64,000 nucleotides of DNA from Tubulanus polymorphus (taxonomy: Eukaryota; Animalia; Nemertea). A program made the position numbers and the translations under genes. The DNA lies in contig NC_134028.1 of NCBI RefSeq assembly GCF_964204645.1, positions 16,995,653 through 17,059,652 on the forward strand, given 5' to 3'. Of this stretch, positions 11,909-25,778 are shown piece after piece. The notes below the pieces were generated by a model, which saw nothing but the letters and a program-made list of their open reading frames with translations, was not told the DNA's origin and made no database searches. How positions within the stretch are numbered: the first letter of the stretch is position 1; each line of letters opens with the position of its first letter.

Positions 11909-14144
11909 ATGGCGCCGACTTCACAGCCCATCGATAACGACGACAATGGTAAGAACATTTCACCCGGGGTGCAGCCAAGATCGACTAGGTGTTGTGAACT
12001 CGAAGAAAGTGATCAGATGATCCAGTGTACTGTGTGTAAGTTATGGATACATTATATTTGTTCCAGACTGCCAAAATATCAACTTTTTAACCTTGTGTCT
12101 ACACAAAGGAAATATCAATGTGCCGCCTGTACGGAGATACCATCTGCATTTGCTAACATCATGGTACATTCTACGCCACGCTCTTGTACTGTCTCAGACA
12201 ACCCCAGATCAGGCCTCTCCGGGAAACAGTGATAGTGATTCTGTCTCGCCGAAGACTAGTTTCTCCACAATTAGCACCCAGACCGACATTGATATCGATA
12301 GTCTGACTGATTGCATCCTGAAATCCAACTCAGTGTTACAATCCACCGTGCGGGATACTGAGCAAAAACTCCTCGATAAGCTTACGCATGCAGGACTTGA
12401 GAACGAGAAGTTGAAACTCGAGCTAGCCAATAAGGAAATTGCTGAACTGAAAACGGGCATCTCGAAGCTGAAATCCGACAGTCGCTCGGAACGTATGAAC
12501 AACCCCTGTTAAGCTGGTGCTGCCCTCTGTGGCATTTCCGGTTAATTTACATAAAGATTGGTGAGAGTTTGGGAAGCCATGTTGCTTTGGATAGTCCAGA
12601 GATCTTGTTAACGTTACGGTTTTGTAAAGACAGGAGCTTTAATGTGTCTGTAAGTAGGCTTAAGTTTATTTCTCTTGTAATTTTTAGCCGGGTCTTTTCT
12701 AAGATTTGTTTTTAACTCTTTTATAGAAACCTCGTTGCTCGTTTGTAAGGTTTATGATGTACTATTAATTCGGTTCAGTATCGTCGATGATTGACGATTT
12801 TAAGCAGATAAGAGTATAAGCTGTAAGATGTCTCCGGTCAAGCCGGTGGTTATGTGTTATCGAAGAAAGTTATGATGATGATGAACAAAAAAGAATCGAG
12901 CGTTTAACTCAGATCAAGCTCCTCCGTTTCGTTTATAAAGTTCCGGATTCGTAGTCAGCAGTCAGTGGTTTGCGGTGTAGCTTATAACCCCTGCACCAAA
13001 TGTGACAAACTGCAAATGACCATCACGGAGATGACGGTTGAGCATACCAGCCAACATGGGAAGAACGCAGCTGAAATCTCGAAGTTGCAAGATGAAGTAC
13101 TCTCTCGTGGCAACGAACTCCTTCAGAACAAAAAGCTCAGTGATGAAGTCTTCTTTGAACTTGTCACTTCCAAAAATTCGAACAAATCACACGTCCAAGA
13201 GTTGAACTCGTTACGTCGTCAAATTGGGTGCATTGAGGAGACCTGTGCGGCCTATCAGAGTGACTTACCTTAGTCAAGACAAACAATCTCGGAGCTCAGT
13301 GATGAGTGCCAGTCGCTTAAGTCGCACTGCGCAGCCTCTGCTGACTCATCCCCGTTTGAACCCGTGCCGACTCAGCGAAAACGTAAGGTGACTTCAACTC
13401 ACGACAGCCGTGAACAACCTCAGTCCCGTAAACTGGCCGATGTTTTGATCCTCGGGAATTCTCACACTAGAAACCTTGTTGCAGAAAAAATGTTCCGTTA
13501 TAAGAAATGTGATATTGTCTCTTTGCGCGATAAGACTATTAAAGGTGCTAACGATTACATTGCTAAGAGTAAGTGCCAAGCTAAAGTGATCGTTTTACAC
13601 GTCGCTGATAACAGCCTGGATTCCCAGAGTGCAATTTCGTGTGTAAATGAAATGTCCGACCTTATCGATACCTGTAAACAGGCAGCTTCGGATGCAGATA
13701 TCTGTGTATCTTTGCCGTTACCCAGAGACTCGACAACCTACATGGATAAATGCGCAATGTTCTTGGTGTCCGTGAAGAATTTCAGTAACGCGCCTCATAT
13801 CATCTCGCATTCGCTGTCGCGTGACATGTTTAGTGACGATCGTGTCCGAATATGGTATCGCAGCTTTCGTAAGGGGGCTAAAAACCGTGTTGAACCCCCT
13901 ACTTGGTTTGGAACCCGTGAACTACTCTGGCAGACCCAAATCTCGGCCTGACCGCAGGCAAACCTCCGACACTCGAGAAAGACGAACCGCGAAACGCGCT
14001 GCACACAAGGACAACGAGAGATCGCTCAGTGGCGAAAAGGCACAAAAGTCACATTTCCGAAACAAGCGACCAAACGTGCGAAACTCTGAAATACATCACA
14101 CTTTGAAGCTTCTTTCGTCGTTTCTTCTACAACAGCAACAGTAG
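11909..14144 (+). pseudogene. LINE ORF1 (PHD finger - coiled coil - SGNH esterase), disrupted
   Basis: MIQCTVCKLWIHYIC..YQCAAC PHD; VLILGNSH and IVLHVADN esterase blocks; frameshifts, a stop at 13271 and a 480-bp insertion. Confidence 0.8.
12507..12986. mobile_element. 480-bp solo-LTR-like insertion in LINE ORF1, TSD ACCCC (alternatively AACCCCTG)
   Basis: Starts TGTTAAGCT, ends AGCTTATA; ACCCC at 12502-12506 and 12987-12991; removal restores ERMNNPCTKCDKLQM. Confidence 0.65.
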
Positions 14145-14185
14145 CGCAAGTACTAGTCTGAAACTTGCTTAAAAGCAGCTCGTGC

Positions 14186-14386
14186 GTGTACATACGTAGT
14201 GCATGCGTGTTCATGTATGTGTATGTATGTATATATATACATATGTATTTGCATATGAATGCGTAGGTTATATGCATTTGTGTGTGTGTATGTATGTGTA
14301 TGTGTGCATGTATATGTATATGTACGTATATGTATTTTGTGTATGTATGTGTGTATATATGTACATGTATTTATATGTACATGCAT
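14186..14386. repeat. (TATG/TG)n microsatellite in the LINE inter-ORF spacer
   Basis: Low-complexity TGTA/TATG/TG run. Confidence 0.95.
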
Positions 14387-14564
14387 GGCGTTTTCACATT
14401 CTGTAGTAAAGAAATTTTATTGTAGGCATCCCAGTATAGTGATGTACCTACCCATATTTTCAATTATATCTAATTTTAGATGGTATGTGCTTAAAAAAAC
14501 AAAAAACTGCTCAACTGTTTACCGTATTAACCCGCACGACATTTTATATCTTTTTCTTCCATTG

Positions 14565-17500
14565 ATGCATAATAATGTATCAATATCTTGCTGGAACATC
14601 GATGGCATGTTTAGAAGGATCGGTGGTCAGCGTACCTGTAAACTGGAAGACCCTGTTTTTATCAATACTGTTAAAAACCTAGACATAATTGGCTTAGTAG
14701 AGACTCACTGTAGTCCAAATGATACTTTCGCAAGTCTACCCGGTTTTATAACCATCTCTAAATGTCGTAAAAAAGCTATAAATGCTACACGATTCTATGG
14801 TGGAATATCAGTATGTATCAAAAAGAATATTCGTCAGGGCATCAAAATCCTAGAATCAAATAGTACCGAAATCTTCTTGGTTAAATTACTAAAGGATTTC
14901 TTTCAACTTGATTACGATTTATATGTTTCTTTCATCTATGTTAGTAACTCTGCATTTGGCAAAAAGAATGAGAATGTCTTCGACTTGCTTGAGAATGACA
15001 TTGCCAAGTATTCCAAACTTGGAAACTGTATGGTATATGGTGATTTCAATGCGCGTACAGATATACAGCCTGATTTTTGTCTAGATGATGCTTCCCCACT
15101 AAGCACATCTCTTCCCAATTATATATCAGATAATTGCGTTCCCAGACAGAATCGCCATTTACGTCCATTTGATGAACGTGGGCTACAGCTATTGTCGCTA
15201 TGTAAAGCTACCGGGCTTCGGATTTTAAATGGTCGCACTCTCGGTGATCATCCTGGACATTTTACGTGGGGTCTCCTAGCGTTATTGACTATGTACTTTG
15301 CCCTTTTGGCATGGTTAATGACATAGACTTACTATTTGTACATTCCCCAACAGATATGTCGATTCACTGTTTGGTTACAACTGTAATTAAAACTGGTCTC
15401 TTTCATAAAACTGAAACTAGATGCTATCACCCTTTGGATCCACTACCTAAATATATTTGGAGGGAAGGTGACTGTGAAAAGTATCGATTTGCACTTCACA
15501 GCCTCACGCTCATCTCTAAACTGTCAGATATAGTTACTGACAACAAAGACGAAGCTGAAACTATTAATGATATCACAACATTGCTTATTACCGCTGCTGA
15601 TATTGCTAAGATAAAATGTACACCTCGTACCTCCAAACTTACCAAGAATCCACAACTCAAAACTCGGAGCAAGAAATGGTTCGACTCAGATTGTGCAACC
15701 CTCAGAAAAGACCTTAGGGAAATTGGTAATAAACTTCATAAAAATCCATTTAATCTTACCTTGCTGGCTGATTTTAAAAAGAAACGCAAACTCTATAAGA
15801 AATTTTTATATAAAACGAGACAAGTTTTCAAGTCAAATATCCTAGAACAGATGGAGAATCTATGTAACCGTAACCCTAAAAGTTTCTGGTCGTTGTTCAA
15901 TGAACTGAAAAACTTAAACAGTTGTAAGACCACTTGTAATGTAACCGCCACCCAATGGGTTGAACATTTCACCTCATTAGTCAACAGTTCTGTACCAAGC
16001 TTACATAAGGTACCTGATGAAGAAATCGAAAACTTTATAACTAAAACCAGGGGCAAAATTTTCTATGAAACTAATTTTTCTATAACTGAATCGGAGATCT
16101 CGCAGAGTATTTGCAAACTTAAGAGTGGTAAAGCTAGTGGCACTGACCCTGTATTAAATGAAATGCTGAAAGCCGGAAACTACATTCTTTTGCCAGCACT
16201 TAAGAAAGCGTTTAATAAAATCCTTTATAGCGGAAAATTCCCTGCTGCTTGGAGATGCAATACTTTAACCCCTTTACATAAAAAAGGTGATGCCTCAAAC
16301 CCTGAAAATTATAGGGGTATAGCAGTTGGGAGCAATATTGCTAAACTTTTTTGTACTATATTGTATAACAGATTATCAGTGTTTGTAGAAAAAAACAACC
16401 TTATACCAAACTGTCAGATTGGTTTCAAGAAAGGTGCTCGTACTTCAGATCATATACTTACTCTAAAAACAATAATTGATAAATATGTTAACAAACTTTG
16501 CAGAACTAATGTATATTGTTGTTTCGTTGATTTCAAGTCAGCATTTGACTCTATCCCTAGGAGAGCTTTAATTTTTAAGCTCCTCAATATGGGTATCGAC
16601 GGTAATATGTTATCAGTTATTGAAAGTATGTACTCGGAGGTGAAATATGCTGTAAAACTACAGGAAGGTATAACCTCTAGCTTCTCTTCGAAAGTAGGAG
16701 TAAAACAAGGTTGTGTGTTAAGTCCGTTACTCTTCAACCTTTTTATATCAGATTTGCCCAAAATTTTTAACGATAGCTGTCAACCTGTTATGTTGTACAA
16801 TAACCCCATCAGCTGTCTTCTTTATGCAGATGATCTAGTTATTATATCAAAATCCAAAGTAGGTTTACAAAATGCACTAGATAACCTTGGAACTTACTGT
16901 GGAAAATGGCAACTAACAGTTAATCTTTCAAAAACGAAAGTGATCATTTTTAATATGCATGGACGTAAGATAGACAATCACGTCTTCAAATATGAAAATA
17001 CACCTATCGAAGTAGTCGACAATTACTGCTACCTTGGAATAATTTTCACTGCCAAGGGTAATTTTAAGAAGGCGTGTGATCACCTAACTGACCAAGCCCG
17101 TAAGGCACTTTTTAAGATTAAAACTTTTGACCTGAGAGATAATGTTGTCATGGCTTTGAAACTGTTCAATATCTCTGTGGTACCAATTCTAACGTACTGC
17201 TGTGAAGTTTGGGGTCCCTTCTACACTGAGAAGGTCAATGATACAAATTTTATGTCTATTTGCAATACTTTACCAGCCGAGAAAATTAATGTAAACTTTT
17301 GTAAATATTTGTTAGGTGTGCATAAGAATGCTACCAACGCAGCAATTATGGGTGAGCTCGGGCAATACCCTATTCTCATCCCTGTCATTTATCTTAGCTC
17401 AAAATTTTGGTTTCGAGTGTATTCGTCTGACATCAATTCCCTGGTTAGGAAGTCGTATTTGGACTGCCTTTCCTCTATACATTTATCACCTAACTGTTAT

Positions 17501-18097
17501 AACTGGGGATTAGCAATGAAGAAATTGATGTTGAATTTTGGCTTCAGTGAAACCTGGGAGAATCAAGGCTCAATTAATTTTTGTAAAACCGCTCGTGAAC
17601 TCAAATTATACACCCAGGCTTTATATAAATATAATTGGACGTCCTTTGTGTTCTCCAATGATCTCGGTAGGGAGAAATCTAAATTAAGAACGTAAAAACG
17701 TTTCAAATATAATTTCTCCCTCGAAAGGTATCATTTATATATAAAAAAATTTCATAAACACAAGGTTCTTGCTAGGTTACGAACAAGCGCACACCAACTA
17801 AGAATAGAAGCTGACAGATATAAAAAGCCTTTTGTTCCTGCTAAGGACAGAATTTGTAGGTTATGTGATTCGGCCCAAATTGAGGATGAGCAACATTTCA
17901 TCCTCCAATGTCAACTATATGACACCGAAGGGAAAAACTTTTTGAATTCGCTCCGATTAATTATGCCCATCGACAATTTTTCCGAGGATGAACTTTTTAT
18001 TCTCCTGATGTCCTATGGTAACGACTTTGAGATCTGTAACCTTTTCTGTAACTATACACAACAAATAACAGACAAAAGAAACGGGTTTTTTTGTTAG
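14565..18097 (+). pseudogene. LINE ORF2 (AP endonuclease + reverse transcriptase + CCHC) with a frameshift and an in-frame stop
   Basis: SCWNIDG, GLVETH, YGDFNAR, IDY; NYRGI, FVDFKSAFD, GVKQGCVLSPLLF, LLYADD; frameshift near 15266; TAA at 17693 followed in frame by LRTSAHQLRIEADRY..RICRLC..EDEQHFILQC. Confidence 0.9.
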
Positions 18098-18100
18098 ATA

Positions 18101-18157
18101 TGCCTGGGAGGTGGGAGTGAACCCTCAACTTGGTTTTTCACTCCCACCTCCCGGGTA
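18101..18157 (+). other. Strong stem-loop in the LINE 3' UTR
   Basis: TGCCTGGGAGGTGGGAGTGAA pairs with TTCACTCCCACCTCCCGGGTA immediately after the ORF2 stop. Confidence 0.7.
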
Positions 18158-18562
18158 GTATACATATGCTTCCTCCAGTTTTCTCATGATGGAGCCCCGG
18201 AGTGTGTCCTCTAAATCATGCTTGTTCCGCAAATGTGTTATCCTGTCTATTTTAAATTGTAATTTTCTACTCTGTAAAATTAATTGTCCTTTTTCTCCTT
18301 TATTGCATTATATACTTGTATGTTTTACTGTAAAACTTTTAAGTTGTAATAAAGTATTGAATTGAATTGAATTGTCATCAGTCTTCTATGTTGTAACTTG
18401 AGGGTGCTGCTCTCTCTCTCTTGATAAGTACAGAACAATAGGTGATTGTGTTAATATCTTTTGTCCGCCTTTTTACTGGTTTTTGGGCTCTCGGAATCGA
18501 TGTTTGGAGGATACTTCTACTGTAGGACGGAGAATAGGACCTCGTTACATACAGATACATAA

Positions 18563-18672
18563 GAGCTCAGTTTTATAGACTGGTATTAACTTTAAGCCAG
18601 GGGCAAACTCAATTGACAATGAATTTAGTTAGCCCCCGGGTAAAAGTTGATACCAGTCTATAAAACTGGCCC
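18563..18672. mobile_element. 110-bp palindromic MITE (Harbinger-like GGGCC terminus)
   Basis: CAGTTTTATAGACTGGTATTAACTTT ... AAAGTTGATACCAGTCTATAAAACTGGCCC inverted repeat. Confidence 0.7.
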
Positions 18673-19106
18673 AGGATATTAAGTATCAATTGCTCATGGC
18701 ATACAAATTAGTATTTCACAAGGGTGAAAACAAAATAATTTATAAAATGATGATTAAGAGAGAAACTACGAATATACCAAAAGTAGAATGAGGGTACATT
18801 AAGTACTATTTGTAACGATAAATGCATTGTACCTTTCTATCGACTCATGCTTTCACGACGTTGCATTAAATATGACGCTCCACTTTCAATATCAATCTTG
18901 TTAAAAATTGGATAAGTGAGTTCATGCGTATCCTTTGAATATCCAGAAAAACCTCCACTTTCAATAAAGAATATTAACTGATGACTGATATTTCATCGTC
19001 ACATTCAGTATCACAGAATGTGAGGAATCGACATATGCAGCCAGATCTAAAATTACATTGCAGATTTGAGTACAGCTGCGATTGCAGTGCGCGTCCAGTA
19101 ATGATT

Positions 19107-19554
19107 AGTAATAGGGGTAATGGGCTTTCAGATCAAAGGTCGAAGGGTCGAGCTCGTAAAAAAATGAAAATAATAATTTACAGTTGAATTAGTCGCGCAC
19201 ACTCCTAATTCAACTGTAAATTATTGTTATTTTCATTTTTTACTCACTCGCCCCTTCAACCTTTAACCTGAAAGCCCATTACCCCTATTACTATTAAAAT
19301 ATTCATATATATATATATATATATAAACATAATTTACATGAATAACATTTAAATTGATAGATTATTCAATATAATGGTGTAAACTCTTACAGAATAGATA
19401 TATAGATATATCTACAACATTATTTCAATATTTATATTTGTATGAGTTAGATTTTAAACATTAAAAGTGTTAGTAAAGTGTGATTGAAATAATACATGAT
19501 ATAAATCATTGAACTTCATAAATCAATTTTAATGAAAAATTTAGTATTAAAATG
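19107..19554 (+). repeat. Left TIR of the Maverick; first 186 bp form a hairpin
   Basis: Inverted copy of 36865-37288; 19107-19292 is self-complementary; homology runs to the polB ATG. Confidence 0.9.
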
Positions 19555-22500
19555 GGAGGAAATAAGTACTACTGCCCAACATGTAATATCAATATAGATA
19601 AATCCCAAAAAGCAAGGCACAATAAAACTAAAACACATTTAGAGAATAAATTGAAACTAGAAGATGAAGATGATATATTAGAAACTAAATTAGATGAATT
19701 AAAGAATGAAAAAGAAACATACAAATGTGATACATGTAATCAATCATTCAGTGATAAAAGATATTATAATGAACATTTAAAATCTAAAAGTCATATTAGA
19801 AATAAGAATAATGATATTTTAGGTGAAGATTATTTTGATAAAGATAATGATAAGAAACAGAAGACAATTAAAAGCATAAAAAATAAATTAAACAATAAAA
19901 GACCATACATGGAAGATGTAAGAAATTATATTAATTCATTAGATAAAAAAAAGATATAGAGATAACCGAAGCATTTAAAAGTGATATTGGCCCAGCAGCT
20001 ATCGAGTTTAAATTTCATAAAGGAAAAACATTAGAAGAAAATAAAAAACATTTAGAAAATATGAAAGAAATAATAAAAATAATAACTGATGTTGAATATC
20101 CTAAAATAAGTATATCTTCTAAAGTTAAATTCATAAAATCTGAAGATAAACTTATATATAATATAAATTCTCATTCACAACATATTATATCTAAACAACA
20201 TATAGATGATAAATTAGATAAATGTTATAATGAAGTAAAAACTAAAATAGACGAGAAATATTTTGAAGGATCTGGTTTAATATTTGATGAAATAATATTT
20301 ATGACTTCACATGTTTATAACACAAAATATAATAAGTTAACTAAATCAAAACCAATAGATGAAAATAATGTATCATATTATAAAGAACCAGATATTGAAG
20401 CATCGAGTTATATTAAACTACCATTTAAAACTAATGCTGTAATAAATGTACAAAATTTTGATGATAAATGTTTTCTATGGGCTATAATAAGTTGTTGACA
20501 TCCTGCAACTTATAATATTTGTAGATTAACTCATTATAAACCATTTGAAAATAATTATAAGATAGATAAGTATCCTGTTATAATTGAAAACATCCCAAAA
20601 ATAGAAAGAGATAATAATATAAAGATAAATGTATTTGATTTAATCAAATTACCAAATACAAAAGGTAACAACATAAAACATTATACATTAGAACCTTTAT
20701 ATCTATCAAAAGATTATGATTCAAACGATGTTATAGATATACTATATTATGAGAATCATTATATGTGGATTAAACAAATCGATTTATTTTTTAAATCAGA
20801 AAATGATCACCATAAAATATATCTATGTAGAAAATGTTTACATAAATTCAGTAATCAAAGTACATTATTAAATCATAAACAATTATGTGAAAATCATGAT
20901 TATTGTAAATTAGTTTTACCAAATGAAAAGGATAAAATATTAGAATTCAAAAAATATGATTACAAAAATAAAGTACCATTTGTAATATATGGAGATTTTG
21001 AATCATTAAATAAAGAATTAACTGATCAAGATAGAAAAGAAATATATTATAAAAGAAAGAAATTAAATTCTAATGACAATGATTTTTCAGATGAACCACC
21101 AAAAACAAATACCATTAAAAAGATTCATCAATATTAAATCTGATTATCCAGAACTTATTGAAAGTGAATATTATGATTATAGAAATGAAAATGTTATCAA
21201 TAATTTTTGTGACTTATTAATTGAATATGAAATAAGATTTAGTAAATTATTGAATACAAATATAGAAATTATAATGACAGAAGAAGATAAAGAAGAATTT
21301 GCGTTTGCAGATAAATGTTATTATTGTGAAAAGATATTTAATTATAAAGATAAAAAAGTAAGAGACCATGATCATTTGAACGGAAAGTTTAGAGGCGCTG
21401 CACATGAGAATTGTAACTTACAAGCTAAGAAAATTAACTTTGTACCAGTTATATTTCATAATCTATCAGGATATGATGCACATTTATTCATTAAACAGTT
21501 ATGTCATAAAATAGAAGAAATTAATAATGAAATAGAAAGATTAAATTCAAATAGATCAAAAGATAAAATACCAACTTATAAATTTAGAATGTTAGCTAAA
21601 ACATCTGAGAATTATATATCATTCCAATTTGGATGTCTAAGATTTATAGATTCATATAGATTTTTAAATAGTTCATTAGATAACTTATCAAAATCATTAG
21701 TTGATGATGAATTAAAGATATTGAAACAACACTATCCAAATAATGATGATTTTCAATTAATGAGATATAAAGGAGCAATTCCATATTCATTTTATAATTC
21801 ACATAATGATTTCAATATAACTGAATTATTGAAAGAACAATTCTATGATGAATTAAAAAATGAATATGTTAAAGATGAAGTATATAATAGAACATTGAAT
21901 ATTTGGAATAATTTTAGAATGAAAAATCATGGACAATTAGTAGATTTATATCTAAAATCAGATGTATTATTATTAACCGATATATTCGAAAAGTTAAGAG
22001 ATGTAAACCTAAAATATTTCAATATTGATCCTTGTCATTGTTATTCTAGCCCAGGTTTAACATGGGATTGTGGATTAAAATTTACAGATATAAAAATGGA
22101 TTTGTTAACAAATATAGATCAATTATTATTATTTGAAAAATCTATAAGAGGAGGAGTTTCAGGTGTATTAGGCGATAGATATTTCAATGTAAATGATAAC
22201 CCTGGATATAAGTTATTATATATAGATGCAAATAATTTGTATGGTTGGGCAATGATGGAACCACAACCTTATGGAGTATTTGAAATAAGTGAAGTTTTAC
22301 AGAGTGAAAATAATGATAAATTTGATTGGAAGAAAAGAATTCTAGATATTGCAGATAAGTCAGATACTGGTTACTTCTTTGTTGTAGATTTAGAATATCC
22401 TGAACATATTAAATTTAAATCTAGAAATCTAGCTTACTGTCCCGAACATAAAACTGTAACTCATGAAGAATTATCAAATTACCAAAAAAGAATTAAACCC

Positions 22501-23558
22501 GAAAAGCATATTCATACAGGAAAGTTAATGGTAACTCAAGAAGATAAATATAATTATGTAGTACATTATAGAATGTTAAAGTTTTATCTAAAACAAGGAC
22601 TGATCCTAAAAAAGTACATAGATATTTTTCATTTAGTCAATCTAAATGGTTAGAAAAATATATAGATTTTAACACCAAACAGAGAACTGAAGCTAAAACT
22701 GATTTCGAGAAAGATTTCTTCAAGTTAATGAATAATGCATTCTATGGTAAGACTTGTGAAAATATTAGAAATAGAAATGATATTGAGTTAGTTAGTAATG
22801 GTAAAAGAATTAGACATTTACAATCATATCCTAAGTTCATTGGTAACAGAATATTTGATGAAAATTTAGCCGCAGTTAAGATGAGAAGAACATCAATGAA
22901 ATTTAATAAACCAATCTATGTTGGCGCTTCAGTTTTAGAATTATCAAAATTACTAATGTATGAATTCTATTATAATGTATTACAACCACCTTTTGGAGAA
23001 AAACATATAGAAATACTATATTTTGATACCGATTCTTACATATTAAAGATAAAAACTGATAACATAACTGATGATTTAAAAACATTAAAACATCATTTTG
23101 ATTTTAGTTATTATCCTAAAAATCATGAATTGTTTAGCAATGATAATAAAAAAGTTCCTGGTAAATTCAAAGATGAATTAGGTGGTGAAGAAATGATTGA
23201 ATTCATTGGTATTAGATCTAAAATGTATTCATATAAAACTAAAGAACATGAAGCTAAAAAGTTAAAAGGAATAACCAAAAGTGTAGTTGAAAAGAATATT
23301 CATTTCAAAGATTACATCAATTGTATATTCAATGAAGAAGTTAGAAAACATAAGATGAGATGTTTAAGATCTGAAGATCATGAAATGTTTATTGAAGAAA
23401 TTGAAAAGATAAGTCTAAACCCATTTGATGATAAAAGATACATTTTAGATGATGGAATTCATACAGTTGACTATGGTTGGAATTTAGATGAATACTTAAA
23501 ATTTAAAAGAGAAGAAACCAAAGAGAACGAGATAATGAAAAGAATTCTAACGTGTTAA
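19552..23558 (+). pseudogene. polB: Protein-primed family B DNA polymerase with N-terminal Zn fingers and an EndoVII-like insert; split by frameshifts and a stop
   Basis: DDKCFLWAI, VIYGDFES (ExoI), VRDHDHLNGKFRGAAHENCN, FHNLSGYD, YLKSDV, YIDANNLYG, KLMNNAFYGK, YFDTDS, KKLKG, FDDKRY across ORFs 19552, 20061, 20763, 21073 and 22728. Confidence 0.93.
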
Positions 23559-23587
23559 TCAAATTTTAATAAAAATATATATTATAA

Positions 23588-23941
23588 ATGGAGAGTAAAC
23601 AAACACACAGTGAGAACAACAAATTATTTCTAGATAGAATTAAAGATATAACAAATGTAAAATCTGTAGATTATAAATTCAAAAAGTTAACAGAATTAAC
23701 AATTCATAAGAAATATCTAATTACAAATATTGATACAGTTACTAATAACTATGGAGATAAATTAGTTATACACTTAGAATATGAAGGATTAAAAGGAAAT
23801 ACATATAAATTCAGAACATATTTACCGGATAGATTCCATAGATTATCAAGTGAAGATCTAGAAGAATTATGTTCTGGTGATTTCTATTTCGTATACAAAG
23901 GCAAGAATGAAAAGGGGCATCATGAAATAGATTTCGAATAA
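23588..23941 (+). CDS. Maverick hypothetical protein (117 aa, beta-rich)
   Basis: Intact ORF with TAAATG start directly after polB. Confidence 0.65.
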   Translation: MESKQTHSENNKLFLDRIKDITNVKSVDYKFKKLTELTIHKKYLITNIDTVTNNYGDKLVIHLEYEGLKGNTYKFRTYLPDRFHRLSSEDLEELCSGDFYFVYKGKNEKGHHEIDFE

Positions 23942-23958
23942 GAAAATATGTAAAATAA

Positions 23959-24719
23959 ATGGCGGAATTAAAAGAATACAGAATATTTGTTGATTCAAGA
24001 AAACTTACTAATTATAAATCTCATAATTTACTAGTTCAATTAGATAGAGAATTTAAGAATTGCGTAGATTTAAAATTAGTTAATATAAGTTTATGTAATT
24101 CTTTTTATAATATATCGGATAAAACTTTTGAACATAGAGGTTTTATGATTTATATGAGAAATAAAGATAAATGGTTTCATATATTTTTAAAACCAGGATT
24201 ATATAATTTAGAATCATTAGCGCAGGAAATTAATAGAAGAGCTCGGTTGAAAATCGGGGGCACTTCTGTATTTGAAATTAAATTTAATAAAATTGCATTG
24301 ATAGTACTAATAAAATTAGAACAAAGATATCTAATTAACAACATAAATTTATGGTAAACAAACCACTGGCTAAAATGTTAGGAATTAAACCGCTTACAGT
24401 TACTGGAAACGCAGAAGGCAGCTCAAATATAATACCTTTTACACACTTTTATATTTATTGCAATTTAATCGAGCCTACAAAAACTTTCGAAGCAACTAAA
24501 GAAACAATTTGTAGTTCTAGTATACTAAATATTTTACCGCTAAAAAATGTTAAACAATTTGGAACTCAAATAAATTATAATTTAACTGAATGTGATTTCA
24601 AACCTTGTATTCCACATTTCAATAATTTTAAATTAGAAATAAGAAATCATAATGGTTATTTAATTGATTTGAATAACTTTCCTGTGATATATGAGTTAGT
24701 TATAAGATGTAGAGAGTAA
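23959..24719 (+). pseudogene. Minor capsid protein (penton-like), one frameshift
   Basis: IFVDSR, NSFYNIS, LKPGLYN, FYIYCNLIE, SILNILP, LEIRNHNGYLIDLNNFP motifs typical of Polinton minor capsids; ORFs 23959 and 24351 overlap. Confidence 0.7.
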
Positions 24720-24795
24720 TTTTTTCACTATATAAATCAATATAACTGTTGGACCGAGTATATGTTTTGGGTTTGATTTTAAACATGAGAAAGAA

Positions 24796-25095
24796 ATGAA
24801 ATTTAACGTTAATGATGTAATTACACATATTAAAAATATTGCATTTTCTAATGAAACAACATTTGAGTATAAAACAACAATAGATAAAGAAACTTTAAAT
24901 GTAGAAAAGATTACTAATTTAATTAGAGAATCTTTAAGATTTAATGAATTAGATGAAGATTTTATCATCGATGATGTTAAAAAAATAATAATTGAAATAT
25001 ATACAAATGAATCTAGTAATGAAATAAATGTTGAATTAATCATAAATAAGTTAACTAAATATTTTGATGATAGTAATTTTTTGATAAATAAATGA
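24796..25095 (+). CDS. Maverick hypothetical protein
   Basis: 99-aa ORF in the co-oriented gene block. Confidence 0.5.
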   Translation: MKFNVNDVITHIKNIAFSNETTFEYKTTIDKETLNVEKITNLIRESLRFNELDEDFIIDDVKKIIIEIYTNESSNEINVELIINKLTKYFDDSNFLINK

Positions 25096-25313
25096 GTGAT
25101 AATAAGTGGATAATAATTGGATTATATAATGAAGCATTACTATCAGTTGGAACTGTTGGTTATTCAATGGTATTAAAAAAAGTATTCAAAATGGGAAGTA
25201 TTAATGTTGATAGATTTGATATAAATGATATTTTAAAATTAACATTAGCAGTTACTTTATCTAATTTAACTATTGATTATTTGGAAAAGCAAAAATATAT
25301 TCCTCCCATATAA
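25092..25313 (+). CDS. Small hydrophobic Maverick protein
   Basis: 73 aa, two hydrophobic stretches, ends DYLEKQKYIPPI; TAAATG start. Confidence 0.65.
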   Translation: MSDNKWIIIGLYNEALLSVGTVGYSMVLKKVFKMGSINVDRFDINDILKLTLAVTLSNLTIDYLEKQKYIPPI

Positions 25314-25337
25314 ATGCATAATTTTTTTGCTAAATAA

Positions 25338-25759
25338 ATGGCTTCTGCAATTATAACTATTATAGGATCGGCAATTGTTAACGCTTTAGCATTTACTGGT
25401 GCATTTATTTATTTAAGCATATTGATAAAAATAGTTCATTAGGAGAACAAAGAAGACATAACTTAGAATTAGAGAAATACAATAAAGCAGCGGAAGAATA
25501 TAGAGAAAAACGACGAAACTATATGGATTACATCAATAAAGAATTATATGATCAGAAGATTTCACATAGAGATTTTCAATCAGTTGATGATGCAATGAGT
25601 TTATATAACGCAGTAACAAATAAAGAAAAATTACATCTATACAAACCTAAATTATCAGATTATTATACCCCAAGTAATGAGCAGAAGAAATATGAAATAA
25701 TATGGATTTTAGGCGGAACTGTTATTGTTATATTTGTAGCATATAAATTTACTAATTAG
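25338..25759 (+). pseudogene. Small membrane protein, frameshifted
   Basis: MASAIITIIGSAIVNALAFTG, frameshift near 25405, EQRRHNLELEKY coiled coil, C-terminal TM IIWILGGTVIVIFVAY. Confidence 0.6.
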
Positions 25760-25778
25760 TAATTTTTTTTCTAAATAA

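Larger units (their letters stand above)
11850..18374 (+). mobile_element. Near-full-length non-LTR retrotransposon, RTE-X-like (5' end approximate)
   Basis: ORF1 PHD + coiled coil + SGNH esterase; ORF2 APE-RT with KYLLGVHKNATNAAIMGELGQYP and a C-terminal CCHC region; AATAAA plus (ATTGA)n tail at 18349-18374. Confidence 0.85.

Noticed and set aside
14026-14564. ORFs rich in Y/V/C/M/H/T, including the first ~100 aa of ORF 14259
   Set aside because: Translation of the (TATG)n microsatellite and spacer; ORF2 plausibly starts at 14565.
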